A stretch of DNA of 64,000 nucleotides, taken from assembly GCF_006345805.1 (NCBI RefSeq), contig NC_043001.1:115444001-115508000 (forward strand), read 5' to 3'. The notes beneath the pieces are model-generated. The model saw only the letters and a program-made list of their open reading frames with translations, was not told where the DNA came from and did no database searches. Source of the stretch: Octopus sinensis (Eukaryota). Positions 50,521-64,000 of the stretch are shown piece by piece; within the stretch, counting starts at the first letter, position 1, and each line of letters begins with the position of its first letter. The translations under genes and the position numbers were made by a program.

Positions 50521-51580
50521 TAAGGCTAGCAGATCTGTATTCGTCTGTATTTTTTTTGTTGATAGTTTTATCTCCAAACATTTTTTCCTTCTCTTCCTTT
50601 TTTCCTCTCTCTTTCTTTCTTTTTCCTTCTTTCCCTTTTTCCTTCCTTCTTTTCCCTTCCTCTTTTAAACTTTTAAAATGCTCACTCTGCTTGTATTAGT
50701 TCGAAATAATGAGAATAAAATACGGAGAAAAAAGAAAGAAAAAGGGATCTGTCAGTTATTATTGTTATTACTATCACCATCATCACCATTACCATCATCA
50801 TCAACATCACCATCACCATCATCATCATCATCAATGATATTGTTTTATGTGTAGTGACAGCAGTATCTTATTATTGTTATTTTTGTTCCTATCTTTTTCA
50901 CCATCATCACCACTACTGCCATTGTGTGGGAAAGTAGTTGGTTAAAGAGGTCATGTTCTATGGGTCTATAAATAGATTCAGCAGATGATGGAGAGATAGC
51001 CGAATAGACAAAGGACAGTAATGGTCAGTAAAGGTCAAACCTGTCTACATTCTTTTCCTTTCTCTTTTCTTCTTTTCCACATACATAAGTATAACAAAAC
51101 ATACATATTATTTGATGTTCACATCGATGATTTTTTAAATTTCTGAATTCAATGTAATGTATATATTTTTTAAATTTCTGAATTCAGTTGTATGTATATA
51201 TTAGCAGGTGCTTACTTCCATAATTTTTTATCGTGCATCTAATTGTGTTGTTACAATAAAAGGCAATTTAAAAAGCAATTTTACACATTCTTATAGTCAT
51301 GAGAGACGACTAAATGTTTACACAAAATTGGAGATATTTATGTTTCTAATTTGTCTTGTTAGGTGTTCCTTTGTATGAGCTGTAGATATGTAAGTTCCTT
51401 AACATATTCTGAGGGAAATTCAAATTACTCACAGAAAAGAGTAGATCTTCCAGTTTTCTACAGTTGTTTTTTAAGTTGTCCTGCTGGGTTAGCTGTTGCC
51501 ACATCAGAGCATCGAAAAAATACGTCCATCCTCTGTCACGTCCAGCCGCCTTCTCCTCGTCACGTCCAGCCACCTTTTCC

Positions 51581-51634
<54 letters not shown>

Positions 51635-51635
<1 letters not shown>

Positions 51636-54600
51636 TTTTTTTTTCTTCTTTCAAATTTGCTTCCATTTCTTGTCGAGTGTCTTCCTGACTCCTAGGGCAA
51701 AGAAACTCATAGTATACATTGGTAGGCCATTAAACCAAACTCAGTAGTTCGTTCATTTTTTTTTTCTTTTTAAAGTTAAATTAAAATACATGAGCAGCAA
51801 CAGTTCTCACATCGACAATGCTCTTCTCAATACGTGTGATGTACCAGTTAAGACAATCTTTTGCACTTCTTGCATGGATCGTAAGCCAGGGATCATTCTC
51901 ATATAATTTTCGGTTCCCTTCTTGATCATTCCTAGTGCTCCTACGATCACTGGTATTGTAACCGCCTTGAGATGCCACATTTTCTCAATTTCAATGAGTA
52001 GGTCTTTATATTTTCTGAGCTTGTCAAACTCTTTCGCTGAGATATTATGATCACAGGGGATGCTCATGTCGATCAATATCTGGTTTATTGGCCTTGATGG
52101 TTCGGTCTGTATGTACTGGAAAGTCCCACAGAATCGTTACATTTTCTCCTTCAGTTACAGCCTCAGGGTGGTGATTATACCACTTGTCGGCAGTTTTGAT
52201 ATTGTAATGCCGACTTATTAGCCAGTGGAGATATTGGCCAACTCTGTCATGTCTTAATTTATACTCCACTGGTGCTAAGACTTTACATCCAGAGATTAGG
52301 TGGTCCACTGTTTCAATCATGTCGTTGCAGAATCGGCATTTTGGGTCTGCTCCATTTTTCATCACATTGGCCTGGTAGTTCCGGGTTAATAGGCTTTGAT
52401 CTTGAGCAGCCAGAATGAAACCTTCGCTCTCTGCTTTTAGCCCTGAGCTCCGTAGCCACTGATGGGTTTGCTTCTGGTCAACATCAGCTTGTTTGCTGCG
52501 GGTCACATATTTGCCGTGCAGAGGTTTCTCCTCTCACCTATCAGCCAGTTGCTCGTGCGCTTCTTTCATTGCCATCATTTTCACCTTCTTTGCAACAATA
52601 GTTGCCGTACTTCCCTCGGGTTGTTCAGTTTGGGTATCCTGCACGAGATCAATAGCAAATTCTTTGCTTTCCTTTATGATAGAATGAAGCTTCTTTCGTC
52701 TCTCGTGATTTTCCACGAGCTTTAGCATCCAGTCATTCGATATTTCGAGATATTTGGCCAGTCCAATTGTGGTTGTTTTGTAAGCTAGTTCAAATTGGAT
52801 CAGGCCTCGACCTCCTTGGGCTCTGGGAAGGTAAAGGCGATCTACGTCTGCCTTTGGGTGGTGCATCCTATTACAACTCAGCAGCTTGCGTATTTTTCTA
52901 TCTTTACTTCACTCATATTCCAGTTCAACACATTGTAGCTATAAGTAACAACTGGAACTGCTAAGGAATTTATAGCTAACACCTTGTTACGTGCATTTAG
53001 TTCAGATTTCAGGACTGCACAAACTCTCCTATAACATTCCTTCCTGATCTTCTCTTTCATGCTTGCATGCTGAATACCAGAGCCTTCATTTATCCCTAAA
53101 TATTTGTATGTTTGTTCTTGCTCAAGCTCTCTTATGACTGTGTCAACATCTAACACGACTGAATTTGTGGTCTTCACTTTCCCTTTCTGGAAAGTGGCCT
53201 TGGCACACTTCTCAAGTCCAAACTCCATCCCGATGTCATCGCTGAATGCTTTCACGGTGCGCAATAGGCCTTCAAGTTCATTATTGTCTTTACCATAAAG
53301 TTTTAAGTCATCCATATAAAATAGATGGCTTATTTTTTTATTGGCAATTTTATATCCATACCCTGTTCTGTTTAATTCACTTGTAAGGGGTATTAGGGCT
53401 ATGCAGAATATTAAAGGTGAAAGTGAGTCACCTTGAAAAATTCCACAGTTGATGTTTATATTTTCTGAGGCGAGTATTCCATTAGAGTGGTATAATTGGA
53501 GATTCGTATTCCACAACGACATATTGTGCTACAGGAAGTTTGAAATCACAGGGGAAATTTTGAAGATGTCCAGCGATCTCAAGATCCATCGATGCGGTAT
53601 ACTGTCGAAGGCCTTTTTGTAGTCAATCCATGCGGTGCTGAGATTTCTGCGCTTGTTGTGACAGTTCTCAAGGATCATACGATTGATTAGCAGTTGATCT
53701 TTGCATCTGTAAGAGCCTCGGCGGCACCCTTTTTGTTCAATGGGGAAAATATCGTTCTTCTCCATGAATGCATATGTTTTCTCCGCCAGGATAGATGTTA
53801 GGATTTTATACGTGGTGGATAGACAGGTTATAGGCCGATAGTTTTTTGGAAGGTGGTTTCGTTATTCTTTGGGAGTAGGTAAGTAATGCCACTTGCTAAC
53901 CATTCAGGTGTTTTCTTTGGGTCTCTCATAATTCCATTGAGCAGCTGAACTAGCTTACCGTGTGCGCATGGGAGCGATGCGAGCCAGAAATTCGGCACCC
54001 TATCTTTACCGGGGGATTTCCAATTATGGGTCTTCATGAGTGCCTTTCTTAGGTCTGCTATTGTGATGTCTTCTCATGCTTGTTGTTGTAAATTTTGGTA
54101 GGATCCTTCAGTTTGTATAATCCAGTCTGCATTTATGTTGTACGTCTTCTTGTCACTCCAAATCCTTTTCCAAAAGTTTTGAACTTCTTCCATGGAGGGG
54201 GGGGGGTCTTAACGGTTACTTTCTCCTTCCCTATTTCTCTGTAGAATTTTTTGGCATTGGATGTGAACAGCATATTTTGCTTGTAAAACTTGTTTCTCTT
54301 CTCAAATCTTCGTATTCTCTGGGCTTTTGCTTGGACTTTTTGTTTCAGCGTTTCTTTTATTGATATCAGTTCTTCTCTTGGTGAGGATCCAAATTTTCTC
54401 TTCATCTTTCTTCCTGTTCTGGATCTTACATCATTTCCACATATTAGTTCATTTAATATTGATATTTCCCCTCTCATAAATTCAATCTCTTTTTCAATTT
54501 TACTTCTCCAGGTTGATTTCTTCCCAGGTTTTGTTTTCTTTGTTTTTTCGGGGGCATACAGCTGGTTTCAATTGCCCTAGCAGAAGCGTAAATAATTTCA

Positions 54601-55538
54601 TTTAACTCAGTAAAATCAGGTTTAATTCTCGTATTATTTCATTTGTTACATAGTTGCCAATTTGGATTTGTTTTTATTTTGGTTTGTATTTGAGAGTTTA
54701 TGAAGTGGTTCTCTATCATTCATACTTGTATGTCTTACAACTTCAAGCGTATTCAGGATTTTCTGCCTCATTTCTGCCATAGACTCTCTGTGTTCTTCAG
54801 CAAATGCGAGATCTTCAGTTACTGTTGTTTTTTCGTTTTCCTGGCTATCTTTAACAGGTACAATAGAATTTCTTGTATCTTCAGGCCTTTGCGTACTTTG
54901 GTCAGATGGCAGTCTTTCAATTAAGCCTCGTGATGGGCTATACTGTTCATCTGATTCTTCATTTCCTTTGTGTCTTATATTTATGTCATTTTCCGTTGCG
55001 TGCTTGATCGCACTTATTTCACTGTCTGTGAGTCTGTTATTTCTAAGGATATCCCTCCTCACATTTGCTAATTTGTTCTCGTCCAAATAGGGCCTACTGT
55101 CTTGATTCCGTGTTCTCCATATACTGTAAGAGTTTGCGGTGTGTCTCTCTTGAGATGGCCTACCTAATGCATAGTAATAAGCGTATATTACTTCTTTATA
55201 CTCTTCTCGGGTCCATTTGTTCCGCTTACATTTTTCTTTTGTGGTGGTTGTGGTGGTGAACTTGGAGGGCTCGAGTTGGGGGATTTCCGTTCAAGTGACC
55301 ATCCATGTCCGTATTCGGAGAAGAGTTTGTGCCAGTTGATGACTTTTCGATCCCAGGCTGGCTCTTCCCTGGGGGACGCGCTTCCAGATTAACCATAGGA
55401 CAAGCGATTTGGTATACTGATTTAGTTTTCCTTTTAGTTTCCAAAAACATTTTGGTGCTACGATAATGTTATCATTTTTTAGCTTTGATTGGCTCGTGGG
55501 GAGACGGCCATCATTGCCGTTACAATTATAATCGTACC
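51635..55538 (-). mobile_element. R4/Dong-type LINE, array member 2; near full length, frameshifted, with (TAA)n on both sides
   Basis: RT (YMDDLKL), CRFC...HLISGC, KPDI...IDMSIP RLE; (TTA)n at 51581-51634 and 55539-55706. Confidence 0.93.
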
Positions 55539-55559
55539 ATTATTATTATTATATTATTA

Positions 55560-55639
<80 letters not shown>

Positions 55640-55670
55640 TATTTTATTATTATTATTATTATTATTATTA

Positions 55671-55706
<36 letters not shown>

Positions 55707-55710
<4 letters not shown>

Positions 55711-58700
55711 TTGTTTTATTTTTATAGCGTGCTTTCACTTCACTACCGAGCAAAGCTCTGTGTGCCTTGGGTATGTGCTGTGATTTGTTGTGATGCTCTG
55801 CTAGTTATTTTATGGAAAGTGTTCTGCGTAGGATGTGTGCAGTGCCTAGTAGTGCAATACAGGTTTTGTATTTTGAAAGTTTCTCTATTTCTTTTAAAGG
55901 CACGTTGTCATCTGCCGGTATTGATACATCAATTAGAAGGCATTTTTTTCTTCATGATCTCTGAAAACTATATCTGGCCTGTTGGCCTTAATTTCTCTAT
56001 CTGTGTGTATCGGCATATCCCAGAGTATGGTTGCTTTCTCGTTTTCTGTGACCTTTTCTGGTGTGTGCCTATACCATCTTTTTTCTGTTGTTATTCCATA
56101 ATGTTGGCATAGTTTCCAATGTATGTAGGTTCCAACTCTGTCATGTTTGTGAATATATTCCTTCTTAGCCAGGACTGGGCAGCTAGAGATAATATGATTT
56201 ATTGTTTCTTGTCCATCTCCACATATTCTGCAGTTACTTGTTATACTTCTTTTCATTACATGTTTTTGGTAATTTCTGGTGGGGAGGCTTTGATCTTGTG
56301 CTGCAATTAAAAATCCCTCTGTCTCTGCTTTGAGTCCTGAGCTTCTCAACCATTGCTGGGATTTTCCTTTGTCTATTTCTTTTGCGTTTAGTTTAGTCCA
56401 GTATTTAACATGAAGGGGCTTTTCTTGCCATCGTGTTATCATGGTTCGTTGCTGTTCTATTTTTAGTTTGGATTTCATTTGTTTTATAGCTTTTGTTGTT
56501 TCTTCATCTTCTTCTTCTTCTTCTTCTTCTTCATATTTATTAGGTGGTATGATTTCTTATTTGTATTTGTCAGCTTCCTTAAATACTGAGAACAGTTTTT
56601 TGTTTTGCTCGTGTTTTGCCGCTATTTGTATCAGTTTTCCTTCCTTCTGAAGTAGATATTTTTGCAGTCCTATGGTGGTTATTTTATAGTAGTTTTCCAG
56701 CTGTATAAGGCCTCTACCACCTTCTATACGTTGTATATATAGTCTTTCTATGTCAGATTTTGGGTGATGCATCCTAGATCCTGTCATTATTTTTCCTGTT
56801 TTCCTATCTATTTTGGTCAGTTCATTTAGTGTCCAGTTAGGGATATTGTAGCTGTAACTTATAACTGGGACAGCTAAAGTGTTAATACCTATTATCTTGT
56901 TTTTAGCATTGAGCTCTGTTTTCAGTATTGATCTAACTCGTCTATAATATTCTTTTTTATTTTCTCTTTCATTTGTGTGTGTTGTGTCTTATCTAGTTCA
57001 TGGATTCCTAAGTATTTGTAAGTTTGGCTTTGGTCTAATTCTTTTATTTCATAGGTTTTATCTAGTGTGATGTTGCTTCTCTTAACTGGTTTTCCTCTTT
57101 TCATGGTTACTTTGGCGCATTTTTCTAATCCAAATTTCATATATATTTCTTTGGTAAATCCATGAACTGTCTTTAATAGTGTTTCCAGCTGTTTGTCATT
57201 TGTAGCGTATAGTTTTAGGTCATCCATATATAAAAGGTGGCTGATCTTTTTGCCGTAACATTTATATCCGCCTCCAGTTCTATCTAGCATATCCGATAGA
57301 GGTGACAGTGCCAAGCAGAAAAGGAGTGGAGAAAGCGTGTCTCCCTGGAATATTCCTCTTCTAATGGGGATGGCTTTGGTTTTCATGAGTCCCTCTTTTG
57401 TTTGGAGCTGTAGCACTGTTTGCCATTTATTCATAGTGTTCTTTGTATTTTATAATTGTTGGTGCTATTTTGTTAATGGCTAGTGTTTCGAGGATCCATG
57501 TGTGGGGGATGCTATCAAACGCCTTTTTGTAGTCGATCCAGACCATACTGAGGCCTTTCTTCCTTCTGTGGCTCTTTTCAGTTATGGCTCTATTAATCAT
57601 TAGTTGATCTTTACAGCCATATGAGCCTTTGCGGCATCCTTTCTGCTCTTCTGGAAACAGGTTGTTTTCGTCCAGGTGCTTGTTCAACCTATGCGATATC
57701 ACTGCAGTAAATGCCTTGTACATTGTAGGGAGACAGGTTATTGGTCTGTAGTTTTCTGTTTTGCTGTCTCATTTGATTTGGGAATTAAGATGGTCTTCCC
57801 CTTCGTGAGCCATTCAGGTATTGTCTCTGGCACTGCTAGTATGTTGTTAAAATTTTCAGCCAGCTTCTTTGCATTCCTGTTAGATATTTCAACCAGAAGT
57901 TGGGGATCTTGCCATGCCCTTCCAATTGCTTAGTCTTTGCAGTGCCTGGGTGACCTCTTCAGTTGTTATGGGGGTCCAAAGTTGCTCAGATGCTGAGTTT
58001 GTTGTTTTGATACTCCTTGTTTTGGGGTTGTTCGTTCGCCGACCATATTTCTCTCCGGAATTCTTCCACTTCCTCTGCCGTTGGTGCTGCAGTGATTTCT
58101 ATTTTATTTTTGCCAAGTTCTTGGTAGAACTTTTTGGGGTTGGAGTTGAACTTTTTGTTTTGTTCAAAGAAGCGCTGGCGTTTCTCGTACCGGCGGATCC
58201 TTTGTGCTTTGGCAAGGATATGTGGCTTCAGCTTTTCTTTTATCTCAGGTAAATCTTTTTCTGTGATGATATATTTGCGGAGTATTTTTGTTTTCCTTTT
58301 GTTGCTCAGTAGCGTTGATTTTCTACTGATTTCATTAAGAATCGACAGATATTTTCTCATTTTTTGTATTTTGTTTTGGATGTTATTTATCCACAGGGTT
58401 TGTTTGGGTGGTGGTACTCCTGTTTGGATGGGTTTGAGTGAGTATCCAGCTTCTTTTGTGGCTGCAGTGACTGCTACGTATACTAAGTCATTTAGCTCAG
58501 TGATATCGTTTTTTGTTTCAGTGGCTATTAGTTTCGTGACGGCTAGGTTTATGCTGTTAAATAATTGGTGTTGTTTCTTTTTTTTTTATTTTTAGGAGGT
58601 ACGGTCGGTGGTTCATTTTGAGCTCTGTGGTTTTCAGTTCTTTTTTATTTACTTTTTATATTATCATAATCATTAGGCTCCCCTTCGTTGTTTCAGGTTT

Positions 58701-59681
58701 TAGATTTGTGTCGATTTCTTTCTTATTTATGTTTGTTTGCCGTGTTTTGGCTTGCTGTTTGTCGTGTATTATTATGCATCCTTACGGTCTGGGTTTGTTG
58801 TTTTTTGTTTATATCGTGTTTGTGGAATGTTACGTTTGTCTTCGTGTTTTACTGTTTCAGTGTTTATATTATTGGGTATTGTTGTGTTGCTTCTATCTAC
58901 ATTTTCCTGGTGTATTTTTTCTTTTAGATGTTCTATTTCTATTTCTGATATTTTTTTGCGTTGAGAATGTATCTTCGTACGTTAGCTAGTTTATTAGGGT
59001 TCATTGCTGTATCCAAGTTTATATTTATGTTATTTTCCTTCCATATTTTATATGTATGTGTTGTTGTATTTTCGTTCTTTGGGTAGAGCACTTCTGTGAA
59101 GTATGCGTGTAGGATAGAAATGTATTCATCACGTGTCCATTTATGTCTTTTGGGTTTTATTTGCGGGACATGAGGAACAACGTCCGGCCCATTATTTTGA
59201 CAGTCGTCATTTTCGTAGGGTACCGGTCCGTTCATTTCTGTTGCCACATTGTTTTGCACGTGTTGTTTTTCGTACATTTTATGTTGTAAGTTTAGAGTAC
59301 GTACCTCCCGATTGTTATTCTTGGGTTGAATAATATCGGTGGTATTTAATTTCTTCGTAGTTCCTTTGTACATGGTGTTTGGTGTCGGGGATGATCTGGT
59401 GTTGATGGATCGTAAAGTTGCACGCATGTTTACATGTGTTGTGTTAGAGGTTGAGATGATATCGAGTCAAAATACATCATTTCGTTTCGAAAATAGTAAT
59501 AAATTTTAATGAGTATTACTTACGCGGATACAGTCCAATCCTTTGTTAGTAAATCTTTTGCTCCATACGATGTCCTTGTTTTCGATGTTTGTGGATAGAT
59601 TTCGGAGCTCTGTTTTATCGTTCTTACATCTTAAACGTCCCCCGGTGTCTTAAATGTCCCCCGGTATCGTATTATTTCTCC
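55707..59681 (-). mobile_element. R4/Dong-type LINE, array member 3; near full length, with (TAA)n on both sides
   Basis: KWTRDEY, YMDDLKL, CRIC...HIISSC, RPDIV; ~140-bp deletion in the RLE C-terminus near 55860; (TTA)n from 59682. Confidence 0.93.
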
Positions 59682-59724
<43 letters not shown>

Positions 59725-59769
59725 TATTATCATCATCATCATCATCATCATTCCAGTCATCACCGTTAC

Positions 59770-60116
59770 TATTATTAGTTTTGTCCATTTAAAAACGGGT
59801 TTCAGTTTATCAATAAAATTCTTTTCTCTAACTTTTCTCTCGATTTCTCTTCGTTGTGTAGACCACATGTTGTCAGTGTTCGGTTAAAGGGATCTTCTGG
59901 CCGACATCAGGATTCTCTATTATACTGGTGGAGCACACGTGAACGTTCCGCTAGTGCATTCCAAGTCTGGCCAATGTATATCTCTTCAGAATTATGGCAT
60001 TTGATGCAGTAAATTAAATTTCTGCTTTTGCAGTTCATATTTACATTTGCAAATATTCTTCCGTTTATTTTTGTTCCTATTATGACCGATATGTTGAACT
60101 GACAGTCCCACATAGA
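59770..60116 (-). mobile_element. Penelope-like element GIY-YIG endonuclease fragment, cut by the gap
   Basis: NCKSRNLIYCIKC...EIYIGQT...LAER and RKVREKNFIDKLKP. Confidence 0.8.
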
Positions 60117-60216
60117 NNNNNNNNNNNNNNNNNNNNNNNNNNNNNNNNNNNNNNNNNNNNNNNNNNNNNNNNNNNNNNNNNNNNNNNNNNNNNNNNNNNN
60201 NNNNNNNNNNNNNNNN
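60117..60216. other. Assembly gap (100 N)
   Basis: Directly visible. Confidence 1.
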
Positions 60217-60308
60217 TAATAGATACTGAGGATGAATTCATCAACTGAATTAGTCAATATGGTGCCCCAGCATGGCCCATAATCAAGATTGATGGAAACA
60301 AGATAGAT

Positions 60309-60890
60309 CTTATTAGGGCATGCAGGGCTTATACTAAACACAGTGGGATACTATACGATGTAGAATTTATTCTTTCAAAATCGATCAATAGGGATTGAAA
60401 ATGTTTCATGAGACATAACAGAAAGAGATGCAAGGTCATAATTTAGCAATAGTGAAATTTGCAAAAAGAGGGAAGAAAATAGAAAAAGAGAAAAATAACA
60501 CGACTAGGGTTACCATGGAAAAGAAAAGCCTATGAAAAGAACACTGTAACCTCAGAACAAAAATAAGCATGGAGAGCAAAACACCCTTTCCTTTTGAGTT
60601 TTTATAGGTTCATGCTCAAAGGGGTCCATCCATTCCATGCGTACCATCTTTGCTACATTCACCCACCTTTTATTAAACTTCTCATTAGTCAAAACTTCCC
60701 TCTCTACTCTCATCTTCCTTTTCAAGTAGTACTTAAAAAAGTTGATGACAGGTTGGCCAGAGAGAAAAGTATTTGTGTCCAAACCTTTCAAACCATTCCA
60801 CCATACACACTCTTTCATCATAGCCACCTTCATGGTTAAAGGAAGGTGATGGGGCAATATTTATGATAGACTCAGTTGACAACTGAACTC
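60309..60890 (-). mobile_element. Old, diverged Tx1 3' fragment
   Basis: KECVWWNGLKGLDTNTFLSGQPVINFF; on the minus strand the 3' end reads GCCCTAATAAG then ATCTATCT. Confidence 0.8.
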
Positions 60891-61415
60891 ATCCCACATA
60901 TGACTGCATAAAGTTATTATATTCTCAAAGTGTTTTTAGTCTTAAAAGATATAAGCAAATTATGTACTTAACTTTATCATTGATAGGCATGTGTATGTGT
61001 GTGTTTATTTATACCATATTTTCCGGCATATAAAACTCACATTTTGTCTAAAAATTCCCTCAAAAATTGTCCTGTCCTTATATGCTGAATGTCAGGCTTC
61101 AGGTAGACTTGATTAGTATTATTAATGATGGACAATACTGGGAACAGTGGAGGTCAGTGGTGATATTTGGTAGTGTTAAGGTAATTATTATAACTTACCC
61201 TACCAAAAGATGTCAGTCCAAATTTTCTGTGATTCCTATATATGAATGTATGAGATATTTAGTTTCTGTTAGCTGTAATTTCTTTCTTGTAGATTAGGCC
61301 TACAAAATTGGAGTGTTGTCGTATATGCCCCCAAATACTGTGTTTATAGTATATGTGTGTGTTTGTGTGTATATAAAATATGTGTATATAGAAATATGTA
61401 TATATATATATATAT

Positions 61416-61461
<46 letters not shown>

Positions 61462-61864
61462 ATATATGTCTGGCACCTGTGCGCGGTGGCATTGGCACGT
61501 AAAAAGCACCCACTAACTCACGGAGCCAACGGTTGGCGTAGGAAGGGCATCCAGCCGTAGAAAACATGCCAGATTTGACTGGGCCTGATGAAGCCTTTGG
61601 CTTCACAGACCCCAGTAGAACCGTCCAACCCATGCTAGCATGGAAAACGGACGCTAAATGATGTGATGATGATGATGATGATATATATATATAAATACAA
61701 AATGGAGCAAGAACGCAAAACATCCAGCAAATCGAACCTAGGGCTTATTCTTTGCAAGCCTAGTATTTATCATATCGGTCTCTTTTGGTGAACCGCTAAG
61801 TTACAGGGATGTAAACACACTAGCATCGGTTGTGAAGCGATGTTGGGGGACAAAGACAGATACA

Positions 61865-61901
<37 letters not shown>

Positions 61902-62952
61902 GATGGGTTTCTTCCAGTTTCCACTCACAAGGCTTTGGTTGGCCCAAGGCTATAGTAGAAGACATTTGCCCAAGGTGCCACACTGTGGGACTGAACCCAG
62001 GACTATGTGGTTTGTAAGCAAGCTACTTACCACACAGCTACTCCTGCACCTATTGTTATATTTGAGGATGATCTTTATTTTCTTTCTTTTCTTTTTTTGC
62101 CAAATAAACTCATACACTATTCTTATTCTTCACTTCAGGTTTATTATTGTTCTTTAGCATACCTGCAAAAACACATGTAAGATCTGACAGGCTGATTATT
62201 AATTATGTAACTAGTCAATATTATTCTACTGGAAAGTAACATTATGTTCTTGCGAGGGATGTTTTCCTTTTATTAATACACTACTAAACCTCCGAGTTAT
62301 CATGAAAAGCATTAACCAGAAATGCCCCCCAACTGAGTCCCGCACTGATGGTATGTAAAAAGCACCATCCAAACGTGCTTGAAGCCAGTGCCCCCAACTG
62401 GGTCCCATGCCGGTGGTAGGTAAAAAGCACCATCCGAATCGTGATCGATGCCAGTGCTATCTGACTGACTCCCAGCTGGTGGCACATAAAAAGCACCCAC
62501 TACACTCTTGGAGTGGTTAGCATTAGGAAGGGCATCCAGATGAAGAAATCTTGCTAGATCAGATTGGTGCCTGGTACAGCCTACTGGCTTGCCAGTCCTC
62601 AATCAAACTGTCCAACTCATGCCAGCATGGAAAACAGACATTAAACGATGATGATGATGATGATTGTGTTGTCACTTGCTATTTATTTACTGTGATACTT
62701 GTTCACAACCTTTCTTCTTAACCTGTTACACCATAAAATATCTTCCAATGTGTTTTAGCTGATTTTGTTTTGTATTCTGCAGAATAAAAGAAATCTTTTT
62801 TTACATGTTATATTTGTACCATATTATTGTTTTTTCTTTGTTTTTCTTTTTATACATGGACTAGAGTTAAATAGCTTTGTTTTATTATATTTAAAATGTT
62901 CTGTCATTTAGTGAATAATGTTTGATTTATTTTGTAATAATTTGTCTTTTAG

Positions 62953-63258
62953 ATGACAATGGGAATCTTTACCCAAGTTTTGAAACACCAAATGCCATAA
63001 AGGATAAAAAATTCACATTGAAATGCAATGTTGGTTCTAGTTCAAGATTTTGGTTTACTGGAAATGGAACAATTATTGCTAAATACTATGGAATAAATAA
63101 CGAAAATTATCCTAAATATTTTGGTAGCCGTCAAGAAACTAGTTGCCAAGAGAAAATCTGCACATTGAGTATAACCAGCATTAGTTTAGATGAAGACAAC
63201 ATGAGCATTATTTGCAGTACTGGTCTCCATACAAGCATGTTCAATATTACAGTATTTG
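62953..63258 (+). CDS. Immunoglobulin-like domain exon of an unidentified gene
   Basis: TTTTAG acceptor, GTATGT donor, phase 1 at both ends (306 nt); FTLKC...RFWF...CTLSI...DNMSIIC pattern. Confidence 0.75.
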
Positions 63259-63329
63259 GTATGTAATTATTTTTTTCTATTTATTGTGTGATTTTATTCT
63301 CTACATTATTTACATTGTACAGATATGTA

Positions 63330-63460
63330 TTCTCATCTTGTTTGTTACCACGTTTCGGCTGATTTACTCCCCAACCCTCATCAGGTGTCCTGGTGGAATT
63401 TTGAACCCAACCCTGGGTTCTCATTCCTAAGGTATTTTTGTTAATGTTATTACTGTTATT
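63330..63460 (-). mobile_element. Penelope-like terminal repeat remnant with a degenerate hammerhead-like motif
   Basis: Minus strand reads GGACAC-CTGATGA-GGGTTG...CAGCC-GAAACGT. Confidence 0.5.
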
Positions 63461-64000
63461 ATTATTATTTATTCAAGACACTAACTGGAATTGAACTTGG
63501 AATTTTGGGGTTAGTAGTTTACTCTTAACCACTACACTGGATGCCCACGTGGAATAGGAGAGAGAAGAGAAGGTAGTTAAGATATGTTGGAGTCCCATCA
63601 GGTTACAAATAAATTTAAGTTGGTTGTAAAGTGGTGAGAAAGAAATACAAAGATGACACAACTCAGATACATAGATGTGTATATGTATACATCATCATCA
63701 TCATCATCAATATCATTTAATGTCCATTTTCCATGCTGGTATGGTGTGGATGGTTTAATAAGAGTTGCAAGCCAGAAGACTGCAAGTCCTACTGTATGTT
63801 TTGATATGGTTTTATGGCTGGATGCTCTTCCTAATGTCAACCACTTTACTGTACCAGGTGTTCTTTATGTGGCAACGGCAGTTGTGAGGTCACCAAATAA
63901 CTTGCAAGACATAACTCCGTAAATGAGTGGGGAGTAGTATTGAGGGAGGTGGCTTTGTGCCAGATGATGAAAGGTTAGAGTATGAAGAGAGGGACAGAAA

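Overview
AT-rich, repeat-dense eukaryotic DNA. The SINE and microsatellite landscape looks cephalopod (Octopus-like), which is an inference. There are no prokaryotic features. One spliced plus-strand gene can be reconstructed by hand. Six exons from 23035 to 37842 join with matching phases and encode ankyrin repeats, an IAP/Mind-bomb-type RING and a C-terminal death-domain-like fold. An upstream ankyrin exon (16910) is fused in frame to a SINE and an RTE LINE fragment. A single Ig-domain exon lies at 62953-63258. The rest is mostly mobile DNA: Tx1/L1-clade LINEs always abutting (TATC)n, R4/Dong-type RLE LINEs always abutting (TAA)n including a 13-kb head-to-tail triple array, HERO, CR1, RTE, Penelope, mariner, Helitron-like and MITE pieces, a solo LTR with TSD, a ~0.9-kb-arm inverted duplication, many SINEs and a 100-N gap. 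The most promising leads are a candidate GATA-microsatellite-targeting Tx1 family with a covarying 3' UTR stem, the ANK-RING-death domain gene with its TE-fused exon, and several templated junction events visible by comparing copies inside the window.
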